A stretch of DNA of 64,000 nt, from NCBI GenBank assembly GCA_011109175.1, contig RDEW01000025.1, positions 93,990 through 157,989 of the forward strand. Direction: 5' to 3'. A program made the translations under genes and the position numbers. Below the pieces are notes generated by a model. That model saw only the letters and a list, made by a program, of their open reading frames with translations. It was not told the origin of the DNA and made no database searches. Numbering within the stretch: the stretch's first letter is position 1; the number at the start of each line of letters is the position of its first letter. This document shows, piece by piece, positions 37,597 through 51,103 of this stretch. The DNA comes from Dicyema japonicum (taxonomy: Eukaryota > Animalia > Dicyemida).

Positions 37597-38166
37597 TTAT
37601 AATGAGACTCTGTATGTTTGCCTTATGACATCACATGTTGTCATGGGTGACGTAGCATATATCGTTCCACTCTCATAGAATGCTGTTATGTTAAAATCAA
37701 AATTCCAATCCATGTGCCATTTTAATCTCGTATCTTGGAAATAAAGTAACTGCGAAATAAGCATGGATTTACTGGTAGGATACGAGCTTCTAGCTACCAT
37801 ATTCAAGAGAGAAGTCTTAATACAAATATTAAAAAATTCGTATAAATTAAATATTAAGGGTTATAATGGTTCCCAATAAGATTAAAGTAGAATTCCTTAA
37901 CCACGTGTCTTTTAATCTTGGCCTTCTCAAGATCTTCTGTTGCTTTATCCAATTGGGCCTAACAGGATATTACATTGATGTAACCTGAACTCGCTGCAAC
38001 TCAAATTTTAAAGCATCGTCTGCCATTTTTGTCTTTTGACGACTCTTTTTTACCGCCTCGTTATTCAAATTTCTCTTTTTACTAGAAATCAAAGAGTTAG
38101 TTACATATATTCGATATATTCCTTGTTATTTTGAATATGCATACAAACTGGTATTCTTGCTGGCAT
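37597..38166 (-). CDS. C/EBP-like bZIP transcription factor, spliced
   Basis: EYIKKRNLNNEAVKKSRQKTK (C/EBP basic region NNxAVxKSR) followed by heptad leucines; 23-nt and 26-nt introns. Confidence 0.75.
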
Positions 38167-38296
38167 TTTACGATGAAATTTAACCGCAAAAATATTTTTA
38201 TAATAATAATTCAAATTATTTTAAATAATATTTTAATTCGATAATTTAATTTCAAATAATTTATCAAATTTTTTCATGCGCTATTTATCCTCACTT

Positions 38297-38708
38297 CAGC
38301 TGAGAAAAATAACAGGAACTACTTGGCCTACGAGAATATCGAGAAATGCTTTATATAAGAGATGCAGCACTAGACCTATCAGCTTAGAAGTACTGGAATC
38401 CTGATGGAAGCTATTCGGACACGTGCTGAGGATGGAATTAACATCCCCACCGAACATATCTATGGAAACATACTATGTTAGTCAAGAAGGCCGCTATCGA
38501 GGAAGATCTAGAACACTGCCAATAGTCTTACAAAAAGACCTGGTCAATATTAACAGAAATCTAAAAAATGCTGACGACCTGGACAACGTGAGAGTTTTGG
38601 CGAGGAACAGGGGAGCATGGAAAAGGATGACAGCTAACCTTGTTTCTTTTGCTGCACATGCGGGGCTATAATTAGTATGGCTCTCGTGAAGTGCTTAAAT
38701 AAATAATA
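38297..38708 (+). mobile_element. 5'-truncated RTE-like LINE with 14-bp TSD
   Basis: TSD ATTTATCCTCACTT at 38283-38296 and 38709-38722; RGRSRTLPIVLQKDL; (TAA)n tail. Confidence 0.85.
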
Positions 38709-39409
38709 ATTTATCCTCACTTGTGTCTTCAATCTAAATAAAATAAATCTATAAGCAGAGAATACTACGACTAATTGAACTCCTCAGTAATCATGGTAAC
38801 TGCATTGCGACTATCCCATCTTCCACTACTCAATACTCTGCGCCTGATGTGCCTCACTTATTTAGGCAACATGGATTTGTACTATTTAACTGGGCATACG
38901 AAGCCGGATTCTATTCTTGTACTGTCCCACGTGAATGGCACATTTAGTGATTATTTATTCCTCCCTTCCTATTCAAAGGGAAGAGTTCGTTGGGAGGGTG
39001 AATCTCTCTCTTTAAAGGAAACGGCTAATATATACGAGCTGAATGATACCTTTGATGTCGGGAAGATCAAAGAATTTAAACCAATACAAAAATACTCATT
39101 TTTATTGACGATCTGGACCCCCAATTAAAATGGCCCAATATTTGCCACAATTTGGATTTGCCTGGTACGTGATCCATTCCTTCAGTCAATGAGACTAAGA
39201 AAGGATCCCGAAGAGGTTGAAAAAATTCGTCAGGCTTGTCAAATTATGGGAGATCTTTAAAACACGTGAAGTTAACTCAAAGAAAAAATGTATGAATTGA
39301 CCACCAACACAATTAGATGTCTGAGTATCTCATAATGAGTGAAATTCGCATCAATGTGTTCTCAGAGGAGCCCATGGAATGACTTTCCAGTCCGTAGTAG
39401 CTTGTACGT

Positions 39410-41003
39410 CAGGGTTGGCCAACCAGTCGATCGGGGGGTTTCTTGGTCGATCGCAATCGATTGAGTTTTAACGAGACGATACGATTAATATCGCGAAACT
39501 ATGTGTATTTTCCCGTTTATTTTTCCATGATATAACTGTCAAGTGAGAATTATTTGCTATTATACCAATGAAAGAAAGAACAACTGGCAAAAATATCTTA
39601 ATTCTTTTGTTATTATTCGATTTATTACCGTTAACAAAGGAAATTACAACATTAATAAATTAATTAACACAAAAATCCATCAAACGTGGTCCCAGCCGAC
39701 ATTACTGACGTTGCGCTGCCTCACAATTGCAACAGAGATCATCTGGAAAAGCCACCGTGTCTCACGCGTCGTGGCTTTTTAGTGTAGCTAGGCTTTTTAT
39801 GAAACGAAGCAATTTCTCAATTATTCTTCCAGTCGTCTCAACAACAATGGGGTAAAACGCGATTCGGTCGCGTAGCACTTCGTATTTCTTCTCTTTTGCC
39901 CTCATCAAAGGAAAAATAGTCCTGATATATTAATTTTTTAAGAAAATATTTATTTATTATGATGAAAAACAAAAAAATAAGAGAAACTTAATTATTTAAT
40001 CACACCCTTTAATTTTGGCTACTTCCAGAGTATTGACATCTTTTTGTTCCAATTTTTATTAAAGTGAATAAATTTTTTGTTAGTGAGAATTGTTCTTTGA
40101 GCAGTTTTTTTTATTTTCATAAATGAAAAAAGCTGTTCACACATATTTCGAACCAAAACGGACAATGTAGCAACACCAGCATGTTGTCCAACCATATTCG
40201 GAGGACCATCGGTGCAATAACAATCTTCTAAAATAAAACCCATAGTCAAAGAGAATTTTTGTAGTTTTACAAAGATATCTTTATTTATTTAAAACCCCGG
40301 GATCACTGAGAAAGAAAAACAGAAAAACGTCAGAAAGTTAGGTAATCTAAGTTCCCGCAATCGAATGAGCCATCCAACGTCTGTGGTCTCCTATTGTTCC
40401 CACTACCGTGCGAAAAAGCTTTTTCTCAATCTTGCAGAGGAATCCGATTGTGTAGGATAACTTCCTAACCAATCGACTTTATTTTGTATTGGAAAAGGAC
40501 AATCTAAGCGGGTTTCCTTCCTCCTTACAGACCCGAAGGATCCGGTTTCGCGACTACGGGTCGTAGCTTCCACGAGTAAAAAATTAACCATTGATCCAAA
40601 ATGAAATTCTCCAACAATATAGTTTTCCGTATATTGTTGAGCTTAGTCTCTGGACGAATTGATTTTGTGGAGCTTAGTCTCTGGACGTGTGCTTAACGTG
40701 ATGTCTTGTGGCTCACCCGAAAAGGTGTGACCCATTCCGGAAAGGAACGAAAAGAGCCATCAAATTTCCCCTCATATGAGCCAGAATTCGAAATAATTGC
40801 AGGAGACAAAAATAGCATTAAATTTTTTATTATAAAATAAAAATTCTCTCCGTTTTTGACGCGTTTGTTTCTTGTTTACATTTTTGGTAAATAAAATCTA
40901 ATATTTAAAAAAATTGTTATTAAAATACAAAAAATGTATAGTCGATCGCCAGATAATCGCTATATATAAGTAGCTCGCGAGCGAAAAAGGTTGTCCACCC
41001 CTG
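39410..41003 (-). mobile_element. Non-autonomous hAT (Buster/GTF2IRD2-like) carrying nested CRE and LINE 3' fragments
   Basis: TIRs CAGGGTTGGCCAACC / GGTTGTCCACCCCTG; TGTACGT on both flanks; CTDGPPNMVG and CEQLFSFMK; nested CRE end ~39660-39900 and LINE end ~40290-40620. Confidence 0.85.
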
Positions 41004-42249
41004 ACTGTACGTGATCTTGTTATAAACAGGTGGTTTGAATTCTACCATAATTCACTATATGGATTATATAGGGGTTTCCAAACTCGGGGATCTTATACTA
41101 ACTGATACTGGATGTCACGTGGGTTATCATAGCACTGATTTAACTCGATTGTGGCCTTCCAGTGGTTGGTCCTTTGTATATTTAAAGGTACCTTCCCTGA
41201 AACCCAAAGGGATTTCTACGAGTGTGTCTTGGAAACCAATCTGGTGTGTATTGAGTCGTTTAGAAGGCATAATTCGCTTAATTTTGTGAATAATTAAATG
41301 TATAAAGTATTGGCTGAAAATTTGGTAAAGAGGAGAGTTGTTACTGCTGGAATCACTAACGTCACTAATGTTTCATTGTCATATTTTAAATTAGATAGTG
41401 AGATCGGAATTATGCCCCCATCACGTGTTTCATTATTCGGGACTGGATGTCCATGATACGGATTCCGTTAGCAGAGTGTGTGCCTTTGAAGTTTGGATTT
41501 GTAGTTACAGTTGAACCTGGTATTTGCTGTGAGAAACATGTAGGTTTATATTTGGACAAAAATTGTCATTTTGTGAATGAGAAGTACAGGGGGATTGGAA
41601 TCTGAATTGAGGATGAATTGTAAATAACTGATGAAGGGCTTGAGGTATTGACGAGTAATACCCCAAAAGAGATTAGGGATGTTGAAATTTTTTAACGATT
41701 ACAAAGTTTTTAGTAAAACATTGGTTATATAAAATATTTTTATTTTTGCTTTCGTTTTTATTGGTATTATTGTTCAAGTGGGAACTTATATTCAAAAGGC
41801 TAGGTTTATTTGTTACTTAATGATTTTGAGATTACTCAGATCATAGTTTAAATATCTAGGTCCCCTACCTGGCTTCCGAAGAACCCCAGGGTTCATGGCT
41901 TAAAATATAAATTAAATTTTTAACTTTTTTCAACTGTCAATAATAACGAGAAGAAATAGTTACCGATAATAGAGAACAGTTACCACAGTTATAGACAAGT
42001 ACATCAAGACACAATCAGAATTGCACTAAAAATTAGAGCTTTTATTCATCATATGAAGTATATTTGAATTAAAAAACCCAGCGAGATTAGGGAAATTAAT
42101 TTGTCTTTTAGTACTATTCTAGTCACTATAAAATAACGTAACGTACCTCCTCTATGACCCGAGAACTACAGCAAGTTAGACATTGACCTCAAAAAACAGT
42201 ACAAAATAAAAATATAAGAATAAACTAAAATTATGTATAACAAAGTTAT

Positions 42250-45140
42250 TTAAAAGTATAATTCTCTCTCACTCGCATTATCATCAGCCTTCACTTCATC
42301 CCCCAAATCAGATGTTCTAAATTGAATCCGCATTTCACGTGCTTGATCTTTCAACACTTTCGACTTAGAACTCAGCTGTAACAGTCGGCTTGTCTGTTGA
42401 CTTGGATTACTTGGCTGACATGACAGCATCAATCGTCGTTGGTTGGTCGCACTCAACAAATGAGAAGGAAGGGACTGCTTCTCGGGTATTGATTGCACTG
42501 GCCTCTGACTCACTGAAGTCGAGTTGTACTCAGCAACCATCTCATCGAAGGCACGTGCTACATTCTCTGGGATGCAGTCCATATTAACCGTTCCATACTC
42601 CAGCATAATCGACATGATCCCCACATGGCTCTTCAAGGCAGCCTCCCTTCGAGCCAAATCACGTTCTTTTTGAATCAGAGCCTCTTCTCTCATCAGAATC
42701 CCTTATCCAAGTCATCCAGCTTGTTGGGGTCTTTCTGTTTCTCACCATGATTCTTGTGATCTTCAAGACGCCTATTAGCCTCGTCCAGCTGAATCTTAGC
42801 TGCTTTGAATGAACTGTCAATTGAAATGGCTGATTTCTAGCAAAAATTAGTAATCATACAAACAAGAACACTGTCGTTATACGAAAACAGCTCATATAAA
42901 GAGGGGAAGACGGGCTTTGCTGGATGATTCAATATTTGGGGGAATATTTTATCAAAGTTAACTTTATCCGACTTTTTTAGCAGTTCAAATGGTTTTTCCG
43001 GCACGTGATTAAGCCACCAATAGACATGTCAGGTGGGGGTAATACGTTCGAAACTGGACACGTGTTTAGACGGATTCTGAGTGGTAGAGTGTTCTTGAAT
43101 TTGGCTACAGGTAAGATACAGACATCACCAGCAGCGTTGCACGTGTCCAGAGTACTACTTCTGGTGATTTCTGGATGTGCGGACATATATTTACGTAGAT
43201 AGACCTGGGAGAGGTTATCAGAACTTGACTGATCAGCCTCAAACGCAGACAGGGCTGTCTCCCGTTCTAAAAATTAGAATTTGTTGAACCATAGTGGAGA
43301 CAGGAGTAAAGATAATTGTCAAAGGGGTCAGCTGATCTTGCAGGGACAACATCGTTCTTTTCGTCATACAAGTACGTATGGATATCAATGTGATTGTACA
43401 GTCTCTCATCCAAGAGGTCGAAGATGTGCTGATCAATTCTAAAGATAGTGTCTACAGTAACAAATAAAAAAGACCGATGTATTCATGGATGCGCTTTCGA
43501 CGAAGAACATCCGTCTGTTTGCGATAATTCAGATTTTGATTCATCTAGGAATATAGGAATAATCCAACTCATCTTAGCCTCTTCTGTGAACTTGTTAACT
43601 TTCTGGGTGAGAATGTGCAGTTCCGATCGGTAGGCACAGTGAATCTCATACATTTCAGGAGATTCGGCAGTTTTTGAAATTAGAAAAAACTGTTTTGTCC
43701 GGTTGCATTATCCCTCGTAAGCAAATTCTTGAGTGGAATCACAGCACTCTAAAGCATAAAATTTTTTTATTTAATAATAAAAGTATTAAATTAGTTTTTT
43801 TAATAAAAATAAATTATTAAAAAATATAATAAATATATATTTATTAATGATTAACACTAACTTTTCCATCAGCGTGCAGAACGAGTACTTGTGGTTGGGA
43901 CTGCATTGAAGGAATACTACGAGACCATCAATTATAAGCAGTATTGCGTCTACTAGTTAATTGGGAGTAATACCTATCAATTTTCCATTGTGCAACCTCA
44001 ATTGAATTCCCATCTCAAATAAGAGATTATTCAAACTTATATTACTCCGCTAAATATTATGCCGAAAAATACAGAAAATTCCTCCCCATTGAAAACCACA
44101 GCAGATTTCCGATCAAAGGCTGATGTGATCTCTTCTTTCCTTACTTGAAGTTTCTTGGCGTTAATATTCGAGTTGATATTCAGCAAGACCTCTTGGATAT
44201 TCGACTTGGCCTCCATGAGAAGTACTTCATCCAACGTATCCGCTAAAATGTAAATGAAGACTACGCTCTGCGTGTTTGATCATTTCCGACACAATGATGG
44301 GGTACTTTGAGATCCTCTGGGAAATTAGTTGGTGAAGGTCTTGGATAGAGCGGTTGTGGAAGATGACATTGTCCATACATTTCTACAACTAACCCACGTG
44401 GCTTACTTGGAGGTAAGCAGCAAATTTCTTTGAAGAGCGAATATTCTCCTTCAACAGCAAAATACTGTCCTGTGTTTGATGACAAAAATTGGAGTAAATT
44501 TTGGTGACATTTTCGCCGTTTGTTGAGGTAAACTAAATAAAATTAATTATTTTATTTAATAAATTTTAAAAATAATAAATTTATCTTACAAAATGCGATA
44601 TTGTCTTGCCAATGTTTAACACAATGTCGTTGATATTGGGACGCAGCGATTTGAGAGTTTGACAAAACTCTGAGTGGTACTTCATTAGTTCGTCCAAGAC
44701 AGGAAAAAGCTTCACGACCGTGTCTACGCTCATTTCCAGGTCGTTGAGGAATGAAAGAGAGTACAGCTCCATCATTTTGAGTGCCTTCACTGTATTGCAC
44801 TCAGTCTTATATAACTCGTGCACCAAATTCTGCATATTAATCTCATTTTTGCTCATATTAGTCAATATCTAACAATTACCCTAATATGACAACCTGTATG
44901 TCGCACAGCGAGGACCAGGGAGGGCTAGCAGTGCCGAATTCAGAGTCAGTTTCCATCAAATCATCATATCTACTAATAAATATTAAAATTTAGAGTTAAA
45001 ATGTAGCTAATATGAATACCCTTTGTAAGTCATGAGTGTATGTGTTATTGGAACCGAATATCTGCTTTGATGACCTAAAATATACCTTACGGCTGGTTTC
45101 CTTTCGGAGAACTTTGATTTCTATTTAAATTATTAGTCAT
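42250..45140 (-). CDS. DH-PH RhoGEF (ARHGEF2/18/28/AKAP13-like), spliced; start approximate
   Basis: LVHELYKTE...LFPVLDELMKYH, PH-like EMYEIHC region, C-terminal coiled coil. Confidence 0.8.
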
Positions 45141-45247
45141 AAAAACAGTTTTAAGCCGCACAAGAGCAAATGTTTTTTAAATAAAATATTAATTTAAATA
45201 AAAATATAATTAAAAGTTATTTAAGTATAATAAAAAATACATTTTTA

Positions 45248-45741
45248 ATGGGTTCATCACAGCTTTTGTCTGATCCTTCCTTTTTATTACGTCTCCTTAT
45301 CTAAACAAAATTTGATTTTTAGATACTCTGTTTAAGTAAGAATTAGTTGGAGCAACAGAATTCCTATTACAGACTATTTTGTCTAGATTTCATTATTTTC
45401 ATACCCATACTTCTTGTGTTTGTATTGAGTCCTTCGTTGAACTCCTTCTCATTGGTCTCACTTACTGTTATATTCCCAGAGTAAGTGATCTGTTCTCTCA
45501 TTGGCGTTAATGTGAGGAATCTTTGTGTTTCTCTTCCTTAATATTGGTTATATTCTCTGCTTACTTTTTATTACTGTCCTTGGTTGTATCTGATCAGTTT
45601 CCTATGATTATATGCATCACTTATCACTTTATTGCTCATTCACCTCACTTCGCTCTATTTAACCGTGTAATTCTATTTATGGAAATTATTTTTTCGTATT
45701 TTATCACTTTTATCTTTCCGCAAATTATTTTATTTGATTAA
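45248..45741 (+). CDS. Small hydrophobic multi-pass membrane protein (weakly TMEM17/TMEM216-like)
   Basis: ATG after an AT-only spacer, tiny-intron pattern, hydrophobic exons; exon structure not resolved. Confidence 0.3.
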
Positions 45742-47145
45742 ATTTATAAACAATTATTTAAATCAAAAAATAATTAAATAAAAAATTAAATTATCTTTTA
45801 TTTAAGTGAATACTAAAGTTCACCTACCTTCTCCATTGGCATCTATAAGGATTTCCTCACCTTTACTTTATGCGAGTTTAGATAGATAAGTCTCTTGGTG
45901 AGTCAATGACACTGTGATAGATTTTCTTCAAGGCTAGCTTAGTTTTCAAGGTTATTTGATATATGTTAGCATAAATTGTCCATATTTAGATTAAATTTGC
46001 TTCAATTTATTGATGGTAAATCAATTCCTTAATTTATGATAAAAATATCAATAAAGCAGATTTAATGCTATTCTTCTCAAATCTCTTCTCTAAATTACAG
46101 TTATTAGTAGTGACTGACTTCACAGCCTGTCTCCAACACACAGTACAGCTTCTCATGCATTTTAATAATGGGATTCCATATATAAAGATCCTCAGGATGA
46201 TGTGAATTGGTGATCTCTATAATTTTTAATGGTATCGAATTTATTATCACTATCAACCTCATTATATCAAAATTTTTGTCACGGATGAGAGGATCTCACA
46301 CATCAATCCTTTGTACTAAGATGCACTCGTATTTTATTTTCTAACAAATTTTATGGATTAATTGATTTATGTGTGAATTTATGATAAAACTTAATTATAC
46401 TTTATTTTTGTGCGTTGATAAATATATTATTCTATTGCAGGTAAAAAGAGTCCCATGACTCTTGGGCTAATTTATCAGAGAGGTGGTGACGTACCTATAT
46501 TTTATGAAATTTCAGAATAGTAACACGATATGTAATTCTTGTCTTCCTTCTTGTGAGGAAGGACGAGATGATGGAAAAATCGAAAATCAAAGTTCTAGAC
46601 AAAGGATGTGTCGGATGCACGTAGGACGGGATTTGAATCTCGTCCATCAAAAAATGAAAAAATAGAAGATCATCTGTCAGAAGCTGCATGTGTAAGGGAA
46701 TAGAAAGACAATGAAAATATAAAACTATTAAGTGACGAAAGAATGGAAGATCATCTGTCAGAATCTAGGATAACAGTTAGTATGGTTCTGAATATGTTGA
46801 TAATAAAATGACTTTTCTGTGGTCACATGTTCGATTTTTTTACACAAAGAAATCAAGTGGGTTTATTAAATCATAAGTTGTTTTCATTTGTACGTCATTA
46901 GTTTTCCTAATTCGATTTTAAAGTGATTAAGTAATGAGTGTTTAATCGTCCGAACTGAATAAAATTGATTCTCGAGAACACACCAACCATTCTGCCTAGC
47001 AGAACACCAGTAAGAACTTCGGAAGCGTCGTAACCGGATGTTGGTGGAATACATGATTTCGTGGACAATTAATTTCATAATTTGTTATTTATCTTAAAAA
47101 TAGAATTGACTATTAAAAAACCGACGTTTTTTATCCCAAGTAAAA

Positions 47146-47380
47146 GGTCGGATGGCTCAATATAAAAGTTCCTGACCAAAATCATGGGGTCCACTGTTCG
47201 AATCTCGCTAGTGTCCATTCGGTTGAAGGTTCCACGCATCTATGATGCTTTAGAGATTGACAAGTGACGCCGTCATCAGTGTTTCAACACTTCGGAACTG
47301 AATTGTCTTATGGAACTAACACAAACAAAAAGAAAAGAACGACAAGTCAAGAACACTCTCAATGTCTTGGATATGCCTTG
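47146..47380 (+). mobile_element. tRNA-derived SINE, copy 4
   Basis: TGGCTCAA A box, GTTCGAATC B box, shared body and tail ending gccttgg. Confidence 0.8.
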
Positions 47381-47899
47381 GATTAATTGAAAATACTCTT
47401 CTTACTTCTTAAAATAAGGTTTGAGTATTGTCCAAGGTGGGTTTAAGTAATAGAAACATTCCGAACAGACTTCCTTCCTAATCCTGATAGAAAATAATTA
47501 CGCAGTTAGAGATCAGGTATTTTAACTATAATTTTGTTTTTCGTTTTTTTTATTAAAAAAATTAACGCTGAATGTTTGCAAAACGGAAGTAGTTGATATC
47601 AGAAAAATGGGAAAAAGATCGTATAAAATATGAAGGAATACCAATGAGCTTGGGCCCTTATTTGGAGACAGTGAGGACATGGTTAGAAGAAAAACCCTTG
47701 TTGTATCTACGCTAAACAAAGTTAAAAAAAACTGGATTGATACGAGGATCAAGTATATCATTCCGGCTAATACTATACAACGCCTTAGACCAGTCTTACT
47801 TTTAATTCACCAGCGAAGAAATATCCAAGGCTGAGGAACATGGGAAAATTTCGGCAGCTTAGGAAAATGCTCAGATATAATTGGAACAACAAAAATAGA

Positions 47900-48385
47900 T
47901 AAGAATGCTTTATATGATGTTTCCCCCGCTGTCTTTCGACTCTCTATTTGAGATGGAGGCTCTTCAAGCGTATTTTGAGATTGGAAATGGATACACCAGG
48001 TAATATAGCGATGGAGGAGTACTTAGTTGAGACTGGGTCACGTTTCTATGGACTCCCACGAATCACACTTCCAAAATACTTGATTTAATCTCAAGTACGT
48101 TAAAAGAAAAATGAAATGTGGAGATCATTTGAACTACTTGAGAGAGGTTGCACACGACCGAGGAAGGTGGATCTGCTTAGTTAGTTTGATCGATTGGGAC
48201 GGATAAACAATCTCCAGGGTAGAATATTTCTTCGATTTTTCGCTTGGCAGAGTCAGCATTTGCGGAGTCCGAATGATCAGATAATGCAATACGTGAAGTA
48301 GAGGGATCGACGCATCTCAGATTCCATACGAGAGCTCTTCCATGCAGGAAGGGAAAAATTGTTATCTCATCTTTTCGCGACAAAT
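47900..48385. mobile_element. Jockey-like 3' end (+) abutting a CRE REL fragment (-)
   Basis: ggatctgcttagttagtttg; ITIFPFLHGRALVWNLRCVD. Confidence 0.55.
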
Positions 48386-49167
48386 TGTATTTATAATACT
48401 GATTATGGTGATATCTTTAATATTATAGATGACTGTGGAGTTGATCAAAAATCAACGTACCATAACATCACTGGTAAAAAGAATCAAAGGGAACCTGAAC
48501 GATTTGTGAAAGGAACTCTGGTCTCGAAATGTTTAAGCGCATTTAAGATGAGTATCAGTACACCAGCTAACACAAATGGTGAATAATACTTACAAGATTC
48601 AGTGAAAATTTCAAGGACGTCGAGATATTACGTTTCCATAATTTATTGTGGCTTCTGACTAAAAATTATTGCGTCTAATAACTCCTAGAATGTAAAGGTA
48701 ATCAGGGTCACAAAATAACTGACAAATCAAAATACTCGTGGGATTGACTTACCCAACTTATTTTCTTTATTGGGGAGTATCAGACCCTATTTATTTTTTG
48801 CCTCGAATCACTGAGAAGGAATTAATAGTAGATGATGTATCCAATTCTAAATCTGCCAACAGTAGTGAGATCTTTTAAGATCACAAAACTATTCATCCAG
48901 AATCAAAAGAATTGAAGTCAAAAGGTCCTGTTTTGTGCCATCGTTGCACCGGGTGCCACATGATAGTGGTGAACCATACGACCCCTGGAATCAACCTAAG
49001 AACATGAAACAGGAAGAGAGGGCCTTTACGAATGATATCTCTAAGAGACTTTCTATAATACAAAAAAACAATAAAAGTGAAATTTAAAAAATGAAAAAAA
49101 CAGTTTATTATGGATTGTAAATGGATGTTTAGCCTTAATAGTAGGATATTTGTCCTTAAACTTCAAA

Positions 49168-49727
49168 CTATGGGACAGTGTCTCGACCAGGAAATGCAGA
49201 TATTCCGTTGAAGAACTGATCAGTGGATGGATCAAATCTGTGATATTCTGTTCGAATTGATAAATTCGGACACGTGTTCTCCATTTTAAGGTCATCCAGG
49301 AACTGCTTGCTTGAAACTGGTCGACGGTAGAAGTTATAGACATCCCCCACCGTACTCATTTTGGATAGCAGATTACTGGGACAGGATGGTCCAATTCCTC
49401 GTAGAGGGAATTGAGGATCTAGTCAATTTTTAGGAGATACCTTGAATTTATCCTCAATGTCTTCGATATTGATATCCTGAATGTCTCCTTCTTTTCCTAA
49501 ATGTTGCTTACAAAGCTCAGTGATGATTTCCATAAGGTTCTTTGGTGGAAGGTAAGCTTTGTTAGCTCTTTCAATGTCCTTATACTAGTAAGTCCTCCTT
49601 CTACTGATTCGTTAAGACATTGGGACGTTGATATTATATTGGATGAACTGAAAGCTCTACTAATAAGTCTTATAATCAGTTTCTTTAATATTATGTGTTT
49701 CAGTTAAACCTGGTGACCTGCCAACAT
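49168..49727 (-). CDS. MRPL50: Mitochondrial ribosomal protein mL50, spliced
   Basis: RANKAYLPP...EDKFK|ILNSLYEELDHPVPSNLLSKMSTVGDVYNFYRRPV; introns of 27, 20 and 22 nt. Confidence 0.8.
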
Positions 49728-50154
49728 TGAAAGTTAATTTATTTTTAAATTAAAAAAATGAATTTTATAATAAAAAATTAAAATAGTACTAATTTCGGAA
49801 TTTTTGGCATCATAAATTGTTAAATTAAAATCTTTCTATAAATAATTTTTTAAATGCCAAGTGTTTTTCATTTTTTCAAGTGTTAGCGTGGTGCTATTTT
49901 ACTGTTTGGTTGGTGCTTTCTTTTCCTTTCTACCTTTCTTCTCTGCCCTTGTCTACTATAGCGGTGTCATGCGATCCATTTATCTTAAATGTCGGCCTAT
50001 ACAAGGGTGGCACGAAAAAGGATCATTTCTTTTCCCACTCCAGTAGAAAACCTTTTTCTTCCTTTGCCGTTTGTTCTGAAAAAAATTGAAAAAACTTGTT
50101 CCTCAAATGTCAGTGATTCACCATACAAATTCTTAGACTGATTACTCAATTTGT

Positions 50155-51032
50155 CTAACTGTGGGGCGGTCTCAAGAGAACATATTTATTCTTGAATAGA
50201 CGAGTGTGTCTCCGGCCCAAAAAGGGAGACTCACGTGTAACCAAATAAGTGCGAGAGATTATCAAGCCTAGGATCTTTTTTCTAGTCCCAATTGGCAGGA
50301 GTTTAATCACATAGAAAGAAAAAATGTAGTAGAGGTTAAGTCGCCAATTTAACAAAATATTTATACAAAATTACACCTCAATAATAATCACTTCGTCCCA
50401 CCTCACTACAGACGATCCTTGCCAAATTCTCAAGGTTGAAGTATATCATGTGTCTCAACCAGCTCTGTATCCAAAAAAAAGTGACCATTTAGTCCATGTA
50501 TGCTAGAAAATCAAAAGCGGAGAATCATATTGACATAAAGGCATTTGTCCAATGGAATCAATTGCCTATTTTTCAAGTATCGTAATTAAAAAAGAAAAAC
50601 GCGATCGTTATCCCGGCCTCTCTGAGTGACGATTTATCTTCTCTAGTGCTCATCTCGTGATCCCACGCACTTTCAGAAGATTCGTGCTACTGGCAAGCGT
50701 CCAAGTGAGATGAATGGCACGTTCGTTTTTTCAGTTAGATCTCAAAGATGGTAGGGTCCTCTATGGAAGGCAAAAAATCATTAATAGTTCCACTACTGAG
50801 CACTGGAACTTCTTGAATTTCTTTAGGTAGAATATCGCTAGATTTTTCCAAACAACGAGAACTTTCACGAAAACCATAATGCTTATAGCCCCATTCACAA
50901 CTAAAGGAATAATTTTAGATATCAGCATCCCTTGTATCTTCTGCTTTCTCAATATTTTCCTCAATTGTTAGCTACTCAGGAAAAAAGACATTTCACCACC
51001 TCTTCCAACATCTGACCGATGAACAAATCCAT
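50155..51032 (-). other. Unidentified spliced gene or pseudogene, head-to-head with OXA1L
   Basis: ATG MDLFIGQMLEE then a tiny intron; the frame cannot be closed without indels. Confidence 0.3.
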
Positions 51033-51103
51033 CGAATTTAAAATCCAAAAAATTAAAATTAAATTGGCAGAATAATAATTTAAAATTAATTAAATTATAT
51101 TTT

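Larger units (their letters stand above)
38276..41695 (+). pseudogene. XPNPEP3: Xaa-Pro aminopeptidase 3 (Icp55-like) pseudogene
   Basis: FRQ/NMDLYYLTG..KPDSILVL, VVACGLNSTIIHY, TDLTRLWP, CPHHVFHYSGLDVHD, TVEPG, GIGI*IEDEL*; LINE in exon 1, hAT in an intron, frameshifts, stops at 41603 and 41621. Confidence 0.85.

Noticed and set aside
41603-41623. Stop-codon reassignment or selenocysteine in XPNPEP3
   Set aside because: TGA sits at a conserved Arg (CGA>TGA) in a gene with other lesions; intact genes here use TGA, TAA and TAG as stops
49854-50089. Small gene opposite MRPL50
   Set aside because: Several possible frames, none recognisable
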